A stretch of DNA of 64,000 bases from Chloroflexota bacterium. Its GTDB lineage: Bacteria; Bacillota; Sulfobacillia; JBFLWA01; JBLNDB01. The stretch spans positions 4,189-68,188 of the forward strand of contig JBLNDB010000024.1 in NCBI GenBank assembly GCA_050261235.1. Reading direction: 5' to 3'. The notes beneath the pieces were generated by a model. That model did no database searches. It was not told where the DNA came from and saw only the letters and a program-made list of their open reading frames with translations. Positions 28,431 through 37,931 of this stretch are shown piece after piece; within the stretch, counting starts at the first letter, position 1, and each line of letters begins with the position of its first letter. The position numbers and the translations under genes were made by a program.

Positions 28431-29417
28431 TTGCGACTACGAGTTGGTTTCGTGTTGCTGGCGGTGCTCGCGGCAGCCGTTCTCAGCCCGCGCGCGCTCG
28501 CGTCGCCACCGCTCCCGCCGCCGGTCGTGACCGGCCACTGGGCCAAGCCGGAGCTGATCGGCGCTTACGAGATGGGGCTGATCGATGCCTGGCCGGTGGA
28601 ACTCGACCGACCGGCGTCACGCCGCCAGGCTGCACGGCTCCTGGCTGACGGCCTTGGCCTCGTCCCCAGCGAGGGCGAGCTGCCGCTGGCCGATGTCAGC
28701 GGCTCAGACCCGGACCGCCCGTGGTTCGTCGCTATGTATAATGAAGGGGTGTTTCGCGGCGATGACCGCGGGCTGCTGCGGCCTGATGAGCCCCTGACCA
28801 GGGCGGAGTTCGCGGCGGTGCTGGCTCGGTCGGCGGGCGGCATTCTGGCAGAAACGCGGAGCGCGCCTGCGTTCCTGGACACGCACGGGCACTGGGCTGC
28901 GGACGAGATCGACACCGCATTCAGGCTCGGCTTGGTGAACGGGGTCGGCGAAGGCCAGTTCGACCCGGAACGAGCGGTTACGTACGCCGAGACGCTGGCG
29001 ATGATCGTCAGGATGATCGAGGGAGTTCCCGCCGCGGGCGCCGAACTCGCCGGCGACGATGTCCTGACCCGGCTGGCCGTGCTCGACCTCGAACTCTGGG
29101 CGCGCGCCTACTCGCAGACGCCCGTGCCCGACTGGGAACCCGTCTACGCGAACCGCATCGGTGTGGCACTGTACATCATGAAGGAAGCGGCGGCGGTCGA
29201 GGACGCCTATCGTCGACAGGGGCACGCGGGCGTAGCCTCGGTCCTGTCGGCAGATGCCCGGGTCGTCGTGAAGCGGCCGCTCTCCGCCGTGGTCACGGTC
29301 GAAAGCACCGGCATCAGTGTCTGGGATGGCGTGGCGGAGCAGATCCATGACGTCTCGAACGTGTACATGCGCCGCCAGAAAGGGAGGTGGGCGATCTACA
29401 AGTCCCTTGGCGAGTAG
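28431..29417 (+). CDS. SLH-domain surface protein with a C-terminal NTF2-like domain
   Basis: Signal peptide; SLH motifs GHWA, GVFRGDD..LRPDEPLTRAEFA, GHWAA..GLVNG...FDPERAVTYAE. Confidence 0.85.
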   Translation: MRLRVGFVLLAVLAAAVLSPRALASPPLPPPVVTGHWAKPELIGAYEMGLIDAWPVELDRPASRRQAARLLADGLGLVPSEGELPLADVSGSDPDRPWFVAMYNEGVFRGDDRGLLRPDEPLTRAEFAAVLARSAGGILAETRSAPAFLDTHGHWAADEIDTAFRLGLVNGVGEGQFDPERAVTYAETLAMIVRMIEGVPAAGAELAGDDVLTRLAVLDLELWARAYSQTPVPDWEPVYANRIGVALYIMKEAAAVEDAYRRQGHAGVASVLSADARVVVKRPLSAVVTVESTGISVWDGVAEQIHDVSNVYMRRQKGRWAIYKSLGE

Positions 29418-29452
29418 CGCAATGCTGCCGACTTCGTTTTGGGGGTTCGTCT

Positions 29453-30400
29453 GTGATTCGCTTTGATACCGGCCCGACCCGAATGATCCTTGTGATGTGC
29501 ACCGCGCTGCTGATCGGCCTCACTCTTGCCGTGACCGCTTCCGCTACGCCGTCCGGCTGGAAGCCGAACGGCGGCGTCACCGATCCCACCGATTACGCCG
29601 ACTACAGTTCCGCCATCGTCGGCAACGAGTATCAGCAAGACATCGAGGCAGCAACAAAACTCGGCCTGATCGTCGGACACGATGACCGGACATACCGCCC
29701 GGATGACAACGTGACGGTCGGTCAGTTCGCCAACATCATCGCCCGCAACTACTGGCAGCAGGGCGCCGCCGACGAGGACAACCTCGCCTACCTCGGTGCC
29801 CTCGGCATCGACGTCAGCGAGCCCAGTGCCGCTCTGACGCTCGATCAGCTGAGGGCAATTGCTGACGCCGTCGAGGGCGAACCGGGAGTGGCCGACTTGG
29901 CCGTCCTGCAGCAGGTCCGCGACGGCAGTCTGATACCAGCGGGCACGGGCGGCGGCATCACGCGCGGTCAGGCGGTCGATCTCCTGGCGCACAACTCTGG
30001 CGGTTCGTCCGCCAACGGATACAGCTCCAAGCCCGAGCCACCGCCGCCACCGCCAAGACCGCCGGAACCGCCGCGCCCACCCAAACCGCCGCGCGAGGAC
30101 CCGACCCTGACCGCTGCCATCGCGCCCAATCCAGCCAAGCGCCAGCAGATGGTCACGATTACCGCGACAGTGACGTACGTGCAGTCGGCGTCGGCACAAC
30201 TGCCGTGGCAGAGCATCAACCTCACCGGCAGCGGCGCGACGCGTACAGCGTCGACCTGCATCCCGGCTGACCTCGTCGACGGCACGTACCCGGTGCGGGT
30301 CCAGGCCATCGGCAACAACGGCCAGATGCTGTACTACGACCTTCAGTTGATTGTCCGCGGCAGCATCTTCGACGACTACAGCTTCATCATCACTGACTAG
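29453..30400 (+). CDS. SLH-domain surface protein with Pro-rich linker and C-terminal beta-sandwich domain
   Basis: Signal peptide; LGLIVGHDDRTYRPDDNVTVGQF, ITRGQA; PEPPPPPPRPPEPPRPP linker. Confidence 0.8.
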   Translation: MIRFDTGPTRMILVMCTALLIGLTLAVTASATPSGWKPNGGVTDPTDYADYSSAIVGNEYQQDIEAATKLGLIVGHDDRTYRPDDNVTVGQFANIIARNYWQQGAADEDNLAYLGALGIDVSEPSAALTLDQLRAIADAVEGEPGVADLAVLQQVRDGSLIPAGTGGGITRGQAVDLLAHNSGGSSANGYSSKPEPPPPPPRPPEPPRPPKPPREDPTLTAAIAPNPAKRQQMVTITATVTYVQSASAQLPWQSINLTGSGATRTASTCIPADLVDGTYPVRVQAIGNNGQMLYYDLQLIVRGSIFDDYSFIITD

Positions 30401-30523
30401 CAGAGCAGAACTGACCGGCAGAGCAGATCGGGCGGGGCACTGTGGCCCCGCCCATTTCGGTAGACCCCGGCCGCATTCCACGCACGCTCCGGGGCGGCAT
30501 ATGTTCGCGCCGGCGCCGTCCGA

Positions 30524-31186
30524 CTACCGGGCTTCCCGTTCGCGCATTACGCCCATGATCGCCGGCACATCGCCGCTGGTCATGATGTCAAGGCCCCGAT
30601 ACCAAAGCCCGCTGCTCCTGCCCCCGTCACAGTACATCGCGTCGACCGCGCCCTCAGCCTGCAGCACAGCTGCCAGTTGATCCAGGCTGAGGGACCTGGC
30701 GACGACAAGCAACGCCGTATTGTCTGCCTTTAGCCCGATGGCGGTGCGGGCGCGGCTGATCGACTGCCCGAGCCCGAGGTACTTCTCCGCATCCATGTAC
30801 TTGCGCCAGACGACTTCCCCGCCCTCAAGCAGCATCGGTCCGCCGCCCGCCGCCCAATCCAGGCGGTCGGCCAAAGCCTGGTCGACTTCGGCGAAGCGCT
30901 CGAACCACGCCTGGCCCTTGGCGGAACAAATGGCGGGCCGCACCGGCCAGTTGTGGCTTGGCACGCGCTTGGCGAGCGGCAGCGTCCGGTCAGGAAGGAC
31001 CAACGCGCTCGCCGGCAGCGGCCGCGCAAGGCGTGGCGACCAGTAGTAGAAGCCGACGTTGACCGCGGCAACCAGTCCGTCGACTTCCCGGGCATGTTCG
31101 CCGACCGTCTGGAAGCGACCGGGCTGATACGGCCTCAGGTTCCGCGGGTGCGCCTCGATGACCCAGTATCCGTCTCTGGCGAACAA
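30524..31186 (-). CDS. Phosphodiester glycosidase (NAGPA-like) family protein
   Basis: AAVNVGF, GGGPMLL, RARTAIG, AMYCDGGRSS. Confidence 0.8.
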   Translation of the reverse strand: MFARDGYWVIEAHPRNLRPYQPGRFQTVGEHAREVDGLVAAVNVGFYYWSPRLARPLPASALVLPDRTLPLAKRVPSHNWPVRPAICSAKGQAWFERFAEVDQALADRLDWAAGGGPMLLEGGEVVWRKYMDAEKYLGLGQSISRARTAIGLKADNTALLVVARSLSLDQLAAVLQAEGAVDAMYCDGGRSSGLWYRGLDIMTSGDVPAIMGVMREREAR

Positions 31187-31301
31187 GACCTCATCACCCC
31201 CTCCCCTTCATATCTTATGTTAACGGCCTCCGTGGCGCGCGCTGCAGGCAGGGGAATCGCGAGCTGATCCTCTGAGACACACGCAGGCGGCATGAGCGAA
31301 C

Positions 31302-31333
31302 GGAGCGGACGGCCAAGTGTGGCCGTCCGCTCC
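31302..31333. terminator. Hairpin downstream of the DUF697-like gene
   Basis: GGAGCGGACGGCCA-agtg-TGGCCGTCCGCTCC. Confidence 0.55.
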
Positions 31334-31401
31334 TGTGCTCTCTCTTATTGCTTTGGTGCCCGGCGCCGTGCGTTCCCGGGACCTCGGCGCCAATTCACGT
31401 A

Positions 31402-32001
31402 TCACTCGTAGCGAAGTCGCGCTTCACACCAGCGCAGGGCCGCCTCGCCGACCAGCCGCACGCCTGCGTACGCGACCATGCCGTTGACCAGCCAGCCCAG
31501 CAGCGGCGCGCAGCGCTGTCCGCGCCGGGCGACGAATCGCATGGCGTAGCCCGCCAGTCCGAGCGCCGGCATCACCCCTGCGACTGCGCGCTGTGACCCG
31601 TCGACCCCATACAGGCGGGCAATGTCGCTGATCAGACGCGACTCAACTGAGACGAGCAGCGGCATGTCGGGGCTTGGTATCGGCGCCGCGCCGATCACTG
31701 CGCCGCCGAGCGCGTACAGCGCGGCAAGGTGCCGCGCCCGCTCACGGCGCGGATCGATCAGCATTCTGCCGGGTGTCTCGACGCCGACCGGCTCCGCCAG
31801 CGGCAGCCGTCGCCGGGCGCGCGCCCGCGGCCTCGCCTGCGGGGGCGCCGGCGCAGCTTCGGCGACCGGTGGTGACGGACAGCCACCGTCGATGATCACT
31901 TCCCCGGCGGCGTCGCTCTCCGCCGAGGTGCCCCAATAACGCTGTGGTACGAGCTTACGTCCGGTCAGCCGGCGCATCTCCGTCCGGTCCAACTGCCTCA
32001 T
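31402..32001 (-). CDS. DUF697-like membrane protein
   Basis: GAAPIPSPDMPLL...LISDIARLYG, PLLGWLVNGMVAYAG..LVGE. Confidence 0.65.
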   Translation of the reverse strand: MRQLDRTEMRRLTGRKLVPQRYWGTSAESDAAGEVIIDGGCPSPPVAEAAPAPPQARPRARARRRLPLAEPVGVETPGRMLIDPRRERARHLAALYALGGAVIGAAPIPSPDMPLLVSVESRLISDIARLYGVDGSQRAVAGVMPALGLAGYAMRFVARRGQRCAPLLGWLVNGMVAYAGVRLVGEAALRWCEARLRYE

Positions 32002-34012
32002 CCTCCGACCGCGTCACGTTGCAGACGCAATCGTAGTATGCCGCGCAGCGGCCGAGGTCAGTCTGGATGGCCTGTGTCAGCACATTGACGTTGTTGCCGT
32101 CATGGCGGTGACCGCCCGAGTAGATTAGCACCGCATCGTCGCGCACCGCATCGTCGACTGCGGCGACCCCGCCCAGCCGGCCGCGCGGCGAGGTCACCGT
32201 CACCGCGTCGCCGTCCTTCAGCCCGAGCCGCTCGGCCGTGGCGGGCGAGATGTGCACCGGCAGCTTGCCCGGCGGCGCCAGACGGTCGGCGAACTGGCTG
32301 TGGAGATTGTCCCGCGCCTGCGGCGTCAGCAACTGGAACGGGTAGCGCCGGCCGGCTCGCCGCGGTGTCTCGCGCGGCTCGACGAACACTGGCAGGGGTT
32401 CCTCGCCCCGCTGCTCGGCCCGCAGTGAATAGAGTTCGAACTTCCCGCTCGGCGTCAGGAACTTGCCATCCTGCCATGCGACCATGGGCGCGCCGGGCCA
32501 CCGGATGAATCCGCCGCGCAACTGCTCGAGGTCGACGCCGTGCTCGCGCAGCGGCGCCAAGGCCTGCCTTAGGAAGTGCCCCGGCAGGTCGGCCTTGGCG
32601 ATGTCGCCGCCGGAGAAATCGCGGTAGAAACCCAGGCGCTCGGCCAGGTCTGCCCAGATCTCAAGGTCTGTGCGGCAGTCCGGGCGCGGCTCGACGGCCG
32701 GCAGACCCCAGGTGAGATAGTTGTGCCAGTAGCCGGAGTAGGCGTCCTCGGCCTCGAACGGCGTCGCGCAGGGCAGGACGATGTCGGCGGCCAGCGCCGT
32801 GTCGGTCAGTGTGAAATCGACGGCCACGCGGAACTCGAGGCCGGCGAAGACACGGGCGGCCCTGTCGTTGTCGGGCAACTGGGACAGCGGGTTGGCGCGG
32901 GCCGTCCAGAGGAACTTGACCGGCGGGTCGGTGAGTTGCGCAATCTCGTCGGCGACGCGGACGCGCACGACCGTCCGGCGCGCCGTCGCCCGGTCGCGCA
33001 GCGACAGGTCGGCGCCGAGACCATAGCCATTGAGGTAGCTGACGCCGCCACCCGCCTTGCCGATATTGCCGGTGATGGCGGCCAACGCGTCGATGGCGCG
33101 GATCGTCCGACCGCCGTTCTCGTAGCGCTGGATGCCGTAGCCCGGCAGCAGCATCGCCGGCCTGGTCGACGCGTACTCGCGGGCCAGCCGCACGACCGTC
33201 GCTGCCGGCACGCCGGTCAGCTCTTCGGTCCGCTCCGGCGTAAACTGGGCGACCATGCGAGCGTACTCGGCAAAGCCGTGAACATTGGCCGCGACGTAGT
33301 CGTCAGCCACGAGCCCGGCGGCGATGATCGCCGCAGCCATGCCGTGCGCCAGGGCGCCGTCGCTGCCCGGGCGGGTGCTGATGTGCTCGTCGGCGAGCGC
33401 GGCGGAGGCCGTCCGCAGCGGATCGATCAGGACGACTTTCGCGCCGCGCTGCTTCGCTTCGCGGAGCAAGGGCACGAGATGGATGTTCGTCCAGACCGGG
33501 TTGCGGCCCCAGAGGACGATGTAGCGGGCATTGACGACATCGGCCGGATCGTTCATCAGAGCCGCGCCGAAGTCGTCGACCTGTGCCGCCTGGCCGGCGC
33601 CGAGGCAGAGGCTGCCGACCGGCGTCGTGATGCCGCCGAAGAGATTCCAGAAGCGGCTGTCAAGACTCTTGAGTGTCGCCATCGACCCGGAGCCGGCGAA
33701 GTACAGCACGCTGAGCGTGCCGTAGCGTTCACGGGTCTCCCGCAGCCTGGCGGCGATCTCGTCGAGCGCCGCGTCCCAGCTGATCGGCGCGAACCCGGTT
33801 GCCGTGCGGCGCAGCGGGGTTGTCAGGCGGTCGGCGACGTACATCCGCTCCACTTGAAGCTGCGCCTTGCGGCAGACCAGGCCGCGCGTGACCGGGTGGT
33901 CGGGATCGCCGCGGACGCCGGTCACCCGCCCGTCTTCGACCGTGGCGAGGAGTGTGCAGGTGCCGTAGCAGTCAAGCGGGCAGCCTGTCCGCACGGTGCG
34001 CTGGGTCATCAT
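31955..34012 (-). CDS. Molybdopterin-dependent oxidoreductase with N-terminal 4Fe-4S domain
   Basis: CPLDCYGTC, HPVTRG.VCRK, WGRNP, DTALAADIVLP, molydopterin dinucleotide-binding C-terminus. Confidence 0.92.
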   Translation of the reverse strand: MMTQRTVRTGCPLDCYGTCTLLATVEDGRVTGVRGDPDHPVTRGLVCRKAQLQVERMYVADRLTTPLRRTATGFAPISWDAALDEIAARLRETRERYGTLSVLYFAGSGSMATLKSLDSRFWNLFGGITTPVGSLCLGAGQAAQVDDFGAALMNDPADVVNARYIVLWGRNPVWTNIHLVPLLREAKQRGAKVVLIDPLRTASAALADEHISTRPGSDGALAHGMAAAIIAAGLVADDYVAANVHGFAEYARMVAQFTPERTEELTGVPAATVVRLAREYASTRPAMLLPGYGIQRYENGGRTIRAIDALAAITGNIGKAGGGVSYLNGYGLGADLSLRDRATARRTVVRVRVADEIAQLTDPPVKFLWTARANPLSQLPDNDRAARVFAGLEFRVAVDFTLTDTALAADIVLPCATPFEAEDAYSGYWHNYLTWGLPAVEPRPDCRTDLEIWADLAERLGFYRDFSGGDIAKADLPGHFLRQALAPLREHGVDLEQLRGGFIRWPGAPMVAWQDGKFLTPSGKFELYSLRAEQRGEEPLPVFVEPRETPRRAGRRYPFQLLTPQARDNLHSQFADRLAPPGKLPVHISPATAERLGLKDGDAVTVTSPRGRLGGVAAVDDAVRDDAVLIYSGGHRHDGNNVNVLTQAIQTDLGRCAAYYDCVCNVTRSEDEAVGPDGDAPADRT

Positions 34013-34086
34013 TGCGCCTCCCCCGGAAGACAAGTATCAGGGCCGCTTCCGGCCCTGATTTCGCTTGTCGTTATCGCGTTTCCTGC

Positions 34087-35448
34087 CTAGCGGGCGCCGT
34101 TCTCGACGCGTCCGGCGAGCGCATAGCCGATGCGGTAGACATTGCCGGCGCCCATCGTCATCAGCACGTCGCCCGGCTTCAGCTCCCGGCGCAGGTGGGC
34201 AACGATGTCGTCAAACGTCGGCAGGTAGATGGCCCGGGTCGCGGCGCCGGCGATGCGCGCCACGACATCGGCTGAACTGATCCCGCTGCCTCCTCCCTCG
34301 CGGGCGGAGGCGTAGATTTCGGCCAGCACGACGCAGTCGGCTTTGCTCAGCGCTGCCGCGAACTCACCCAGCAGCGCTGCCGTGCGGGAATAGGTGTGCG
34401 GCTGAAAGACGACCCACAGCCGGCGACCCGGCATCGCCTCGCGACAGGCGTCGATCGTCGCGGCGATGGCGGTCGGGTGGTGGGCGTAGTCATCGTAGAT
34501 GGACGCCCCGTTGAACTCGCCGATGTGCTCGAACCGCCGGCGCACGCCGCGGAAGCTGGCCAGGGCCTCGCGCACGGTGCCGATCGCAATGCCCAGCTCG
34601 CTGCCCAGTGCAATCACCGACAGCGAGTTGAGCGCATTGTGGCTGCCGGGGATGCCGAGGGTGAACTCGCCCAGCGGCTGGTCGCGATGGTAAGCGGTGA
34701 AGCGGTTCCCCTGCCCGGCCGGCAGCATCGCGAGGCGGTACTCGTTGTCGGCGCCGAAGCCGTACGTGACGCGGCGCGCCGGCGAGGGCAGCGCGCGAGC
34801 GCGCGCATCGTCGCCGCAGCAGATCAGCAGCCCATCGGCGGGCAGGCGGGAGGCGAACTCCCGGAAGGCGGACTCATAGTCATCGATGTCACGGTAGTAG
34901 TCCGGATGATCGAGTTCGATGTTGGTGATGATCGCGATCCGCGCCGGATAGTTGAGGAAGTGGCGCCGATATTCGCAGCTCTCGGCTACGAGGAGGTCGC
35001 CCCGACCTGTGTAGGCGTCGCCGACGCCGATCACGGCCTGCGGATCGAGGCCGGCGTGCTGCAGCATGTGAGCCAGCATCGCCGTCGTCGTGGTCTTGCC
35101 GTGCGTGCCGGCAACGGCGACACCGCGCTTCTCAGCCATCAACTGGCCGAGGAATTCTGGGTAGCTCAGCACTGGAATGCCGCGCTGGCGAGCGGCGACA
35201 ATCTCCGGATGATCCGGGCCGTACGCCGCCGAGGCGACGACGACGTCAGGCGAACCAACGTTGCCAGGAGCAAAGCCGCGCATCGGAACGATGCCACTCT
35301 GCCGCAGACCCTCGTCGGTCGGAAAGATCTCATCAACGTCAGAGCCAGTGACGGTAATGCCGTTGGCCTTGCAGATCCTGGCCACGGCGCTCATGCCTGT
35401 TCCCTTGATGCCGACGAAGTGCACCGATTGGTATCGCAACCGCGTCAC
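34087..35448 (-). CDS. murC: UDP-N-acetylmuramate--L-alanine ligase
   Basis: HFVGIKGTGMS, AGTHGKTTT, NIELDHPD, DDYAHHP, FQPHTYSRT. Confidence 0.96.
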   Translation of the reverse strand: MTRLRYQSVHFVGIKGTGMSAVARICKANGITVTGSDVDEIFPTDEGLRQSGIVPMRGFAPGNVGSPDVVVASAAYGPDHPEIVAARQRGIPVLSYPEFLGQLMAEKRGVAVAGTHGKTTTTAMLAHMLQHAGLDPQAVIGVGDAYTGRGDLLVAESCEYRRHFLNYPARIAIITNIELDHPDYYRDIDDYESAFREFASRLPADGLLICCGDDARARALPSPARRVTYGFGADNEYRLAMLPAGQGNRFTAYHRDQPLGEFTLGIPGSHNALNSLSVIALGSELGIAIGTVREALASFRGVRRRFEHIGEFNGASIYDDYAHHPTAIAATIDACREAMPGRRLWVVFQPHTYSRTAALLGEFAAALSKADCVVLAEIYASAREGGGSGISSADVVARIAGAATRAIYLPTFDDIVAHLRRELKPGDVLMTMGAGNVYRIGYALAGRVENGAR

Positions 35449-35543
35449 CCTCTCGCAAACCCCAGCCCTGGTGTATCCTAATTATATGCCGCGCCGGAAG
35501 GAGTGTCAAAATCGCCCCCCGTATCGAACGGGCCGGGGTCGCC

Positions 35544-35945
35544 CTACTGCAGGACGCGACCCCGGCCATCATTCGGCATCAGCGTCAGCTTGTCGCCGAC
35601 CTTGGTGCCGCTGCCGGCAATGACGCCGGCCGGCAGCTCGACGACGTAGAAGGCTTCCCGCACGACCGGCGATCGGCAGTACGGCGCGACATCACCCAGA
35701 GCCGCCACGACGCGGCCGGTCTCGTCGAGGAACAGCAGATCGATGGGGAAGTTCATGAACATCGTGTGGACGGCCTGGCAGGGCGCGAGAACCAGGCCCT
35801 CGCCGTGCCGCAACCGACGCTTTCCCATCAGGCCCACGAACCGCTGGAAGAACGTTGCCGCAAGCGCCGCGTGACTGGCCAATACGGTGCCGGAAGTGTC
35901 GTTCAGAACGCAGAGATCGACTGGCTGCTCCGTCTGCTTCCGCAA
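35544..35945 (-). CDS. DUF192 family protein
   Basis: ATFFQRFVGLMG, HTMFMNFPIDLLFLD, VVELPAG; last gene of Tad locus 2. Confidence 0.88.
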   Translation of the reverse strand: MRKQTEQPVDLCVLNDTSGTVLASHAALAATFFQRFVGLMGKRRLRHGEGLVLAPCQAVHTMFMNFPIDLLFLDETGRVVAALGDVAPYCRSPVVREAFYVVELPAGVIAGSGTKVGDKLTLMPNDGRGRVLQ

Positions 35946-35971
35946 CTCTCACACCCCACTCGACTTGTCGG

Positions 35972-36901
35972 CTAGGGTCGGGCGAGTGTCTGGATGATAG
36001 TGATGACGGCCGGGCCGAGCAGGACGATGAACACTGTCGGGAAGATGAAAATGGCCATCGGAATCAGCATTTTGACCGGAATCTGCATTGCCCGTTCCTG
36101 CACCCGCTGCTTGCGCTTGACCCGCATGCTCTCGGACTGGGCCCGCAGCACCTTGGTCAGGCTGACGCCGAGTTGATCTGCCTGGATCACCGCCGCCGTG
36201 AACGCTCGCATGTCCGGAATGCCGGCTCGCCGGGCCAGGTTGCGCAGGGCCTCGGCGCGCGGACGCCCGATGCGGGTCTCGGCGAGGTAGGTGCTGAATT
36301 CGGTGGCGACCGGATCGCGGAACTTCTCGGCCACCTTCTGGATGGCGCCGTCGAAGCCGAGACCGGCCTCGACCGAGATGCAGAGCAGGTCCATCACGTC
36401 GGGCAGCTGTCGCTGCAGGGCGCGGTGACGGTCCTCGATAGCCCGGCTGAGCCAGAAGTCCGGCACGCGGAAGGCCAAGAGCGCGAACATGGCTGCGATA
36501 AAGGCCATCAGCGGCCGTTTCCCGCCCGGCAGCAACGGCAGCAGGACCGTCAGTGAGAACAGCGCGACTGCCGCCAGGGCGAGGAACTTGATGGCAACGA
36601 ACTGGGCGTAGGTGATCTTCGCGCCCGCCTCGCTGAGCCGCGTGGCGCCGCTGGCGGCAGCCCGCGACGGCAGCAGACGACTCAGCGACTCGCCGGCCGA
36701 GGCCAGAGCCGGCCTGAGGACGCGCTCGCTGAACGGCCGGGCCAGTTCCTCCTGCTCGATGTCCCTGGCCGTGGGCGCGGCGCGCCTGAGCCCGCCGAGC
36801 CTGCGCCGGACGAGCCGCGTGCGACCGGCACCGGCGGTGGCGTAGGTGATCGCGAGCAGTGTGACAACGAAGATGCCGACGAGCAGCAAGGTGCGCGTCA
36901 T
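35972..36901 (-). CDS. tadC: TadC (Tad locus 2)
   Basis: LPDVMDLL.ISVEAGLGFD, G.PRAEAL, PVKMLIP..IFIFP. Confidence 0.92.
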   Translation of the reverse strand: MTRTLLLVGIFVVTLLAITYATAGAGRTRLVRRRLGGLRRAAPTARDIEQEELARPFSERVLRPALASAGESLSRLLPSRAAASGATRLSEAGAKITYAQFVAIKFLALAAVALFSLTVLLPLLPGGKRPLMAFIAAMFALLAFRVPDFWLSRAIEDRHRALQRQLPDVMDLLCISVEAGLGFDGAIQKVAEKFRDPVATEFSTYLAETRIGRPRAEALRNLARRAGIPDMRAFTAAVIQADQLGVSLTKVLRAQSESMRVKRKQRVQERAMQIPVKMLIPMAIFIFPTVFIVLLGPAVITIIQTLARP

Positions 36902-36941
36902 GGATTGTCCCTCCGTGGCGTGGGACGGTCTGCGCCAGCCC

Positions 36942-37931
36942 CTAGACTTCGATTTCGATGATTCGCCTTATCAGGAAGACGCCGATGAACTCCATCAGCG
37001 CGGCCAGGGCAAGGGCCAGCCGGCCGGCCGGGTGGGTGAACAGCACCTGCATGTAGGAGCGATTGAGCAGGTAGATACCGGTCGTCAGGGTCACCGGCAG
37101 CAGGCCTACGATCCAGGCCGACAGGCGCCCCTGGGCGGTCAGCGCCCGGATTTCGCCGCGGGCGCGCAGTCGCTCGCGGATCGTGTTGCTGATGTTGTCC
37201 AGCACCTCACCGAGATTGCCGCCAACCTGGCGCTGAATCGTGATCGCGGTGACGGCCATGTCAAGGTCAGCGCTGCCGGTGCGCCCGACCATGTTGGTCA
37301 GGGCCTCATCGACCGAGATGTTGACGCGCGTCTCGCGCAGCACTTGTTCGAACTCGCCGGCGATCGGTTCCGGCAGCTCGCGGGCAGCCACGTCAAGCGC
37401 CTGCAGGAACGAGTAGCCGGACCGGAGGGCGTTGGCGATCATCGTCAGGGCATCGATCAACTGCGCCTCGAACAGCCGCCGCCGGGCGGCGGTGCGCTGG
37501 AGGAGGCGGATGTACGGCGCGAGCGCGCCGGCGATGACCAGCATCGCCCGCATCAGCAGATCCGGCGCGATCAGGAGCGACAGGGCAAAGCCGACCAGCG
37601 CACTGACCAGGCTGATGTACAGGAACTCCGAGACCTGTATCCGCCAGCCGGCTTGGCGCAGGCGGACGGCCAGCGTGGCGGCCGCTGGACGGCCTTCGAC
37701 GAGCTTGGCGATGAGCGCGGTCAGGCCCCGGCTGAGTTTCTTGACGCCGGTGGCGGGCTCGCGGCCCGCTTCTTCGGCGCTCGGGGCATGCTCGCCGCGC
37801 GTCGCCCGACCCTGGACGAGCTTGCCCAGTTGCGTCATGATGCGCCGCCGGCGCCGCTCGCCCTCGCCGAACCAGATCATGCCTGCTGCCAACGAGCCGC
37901 AGAAGACGATCAGCAACACGATGCCTTTCAT
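36942..37931 (-). CDS. tadB: TadB (Tad locus 2)
   Basis: NALRSGYSFLQA, QRQVGGNLGEVL, RALTAQGRLS. Confidence 0.92.
   Translation of the reverse strand: MKGIVLLIVFCGSLAAGMIWFGEGERRRRRIMTQLGKLVQGRATRGEHAPSAEEAGREPATGVKKLSRGLTALIAKLVEGRPAAATLAVRLRQAGWRIQVSEFLYISLVSALVGFALSLLIAPDLLMRAMLVIAGALAPYIRLLQRTAARRRLFEAQLIDALTMIANALRSGYSFLQALDVAARELPEPIAGEFEQVLRETRVNISVDEALTNMVGRTGSADLDMAVTAITIQRQVGGNLGEVLDNISNTIRERLRARGEIRALTAQGRLSAWIVGLLPVTLTTGIYLLNRSYMQVLFTHPAGRLALALAALMEFIGVFLIRRIIEIEV

Noticed and set aside
30030-30095. CCG-rich repeat
   Set aside because: Encodes the poly-Pro linker of the SLH protein
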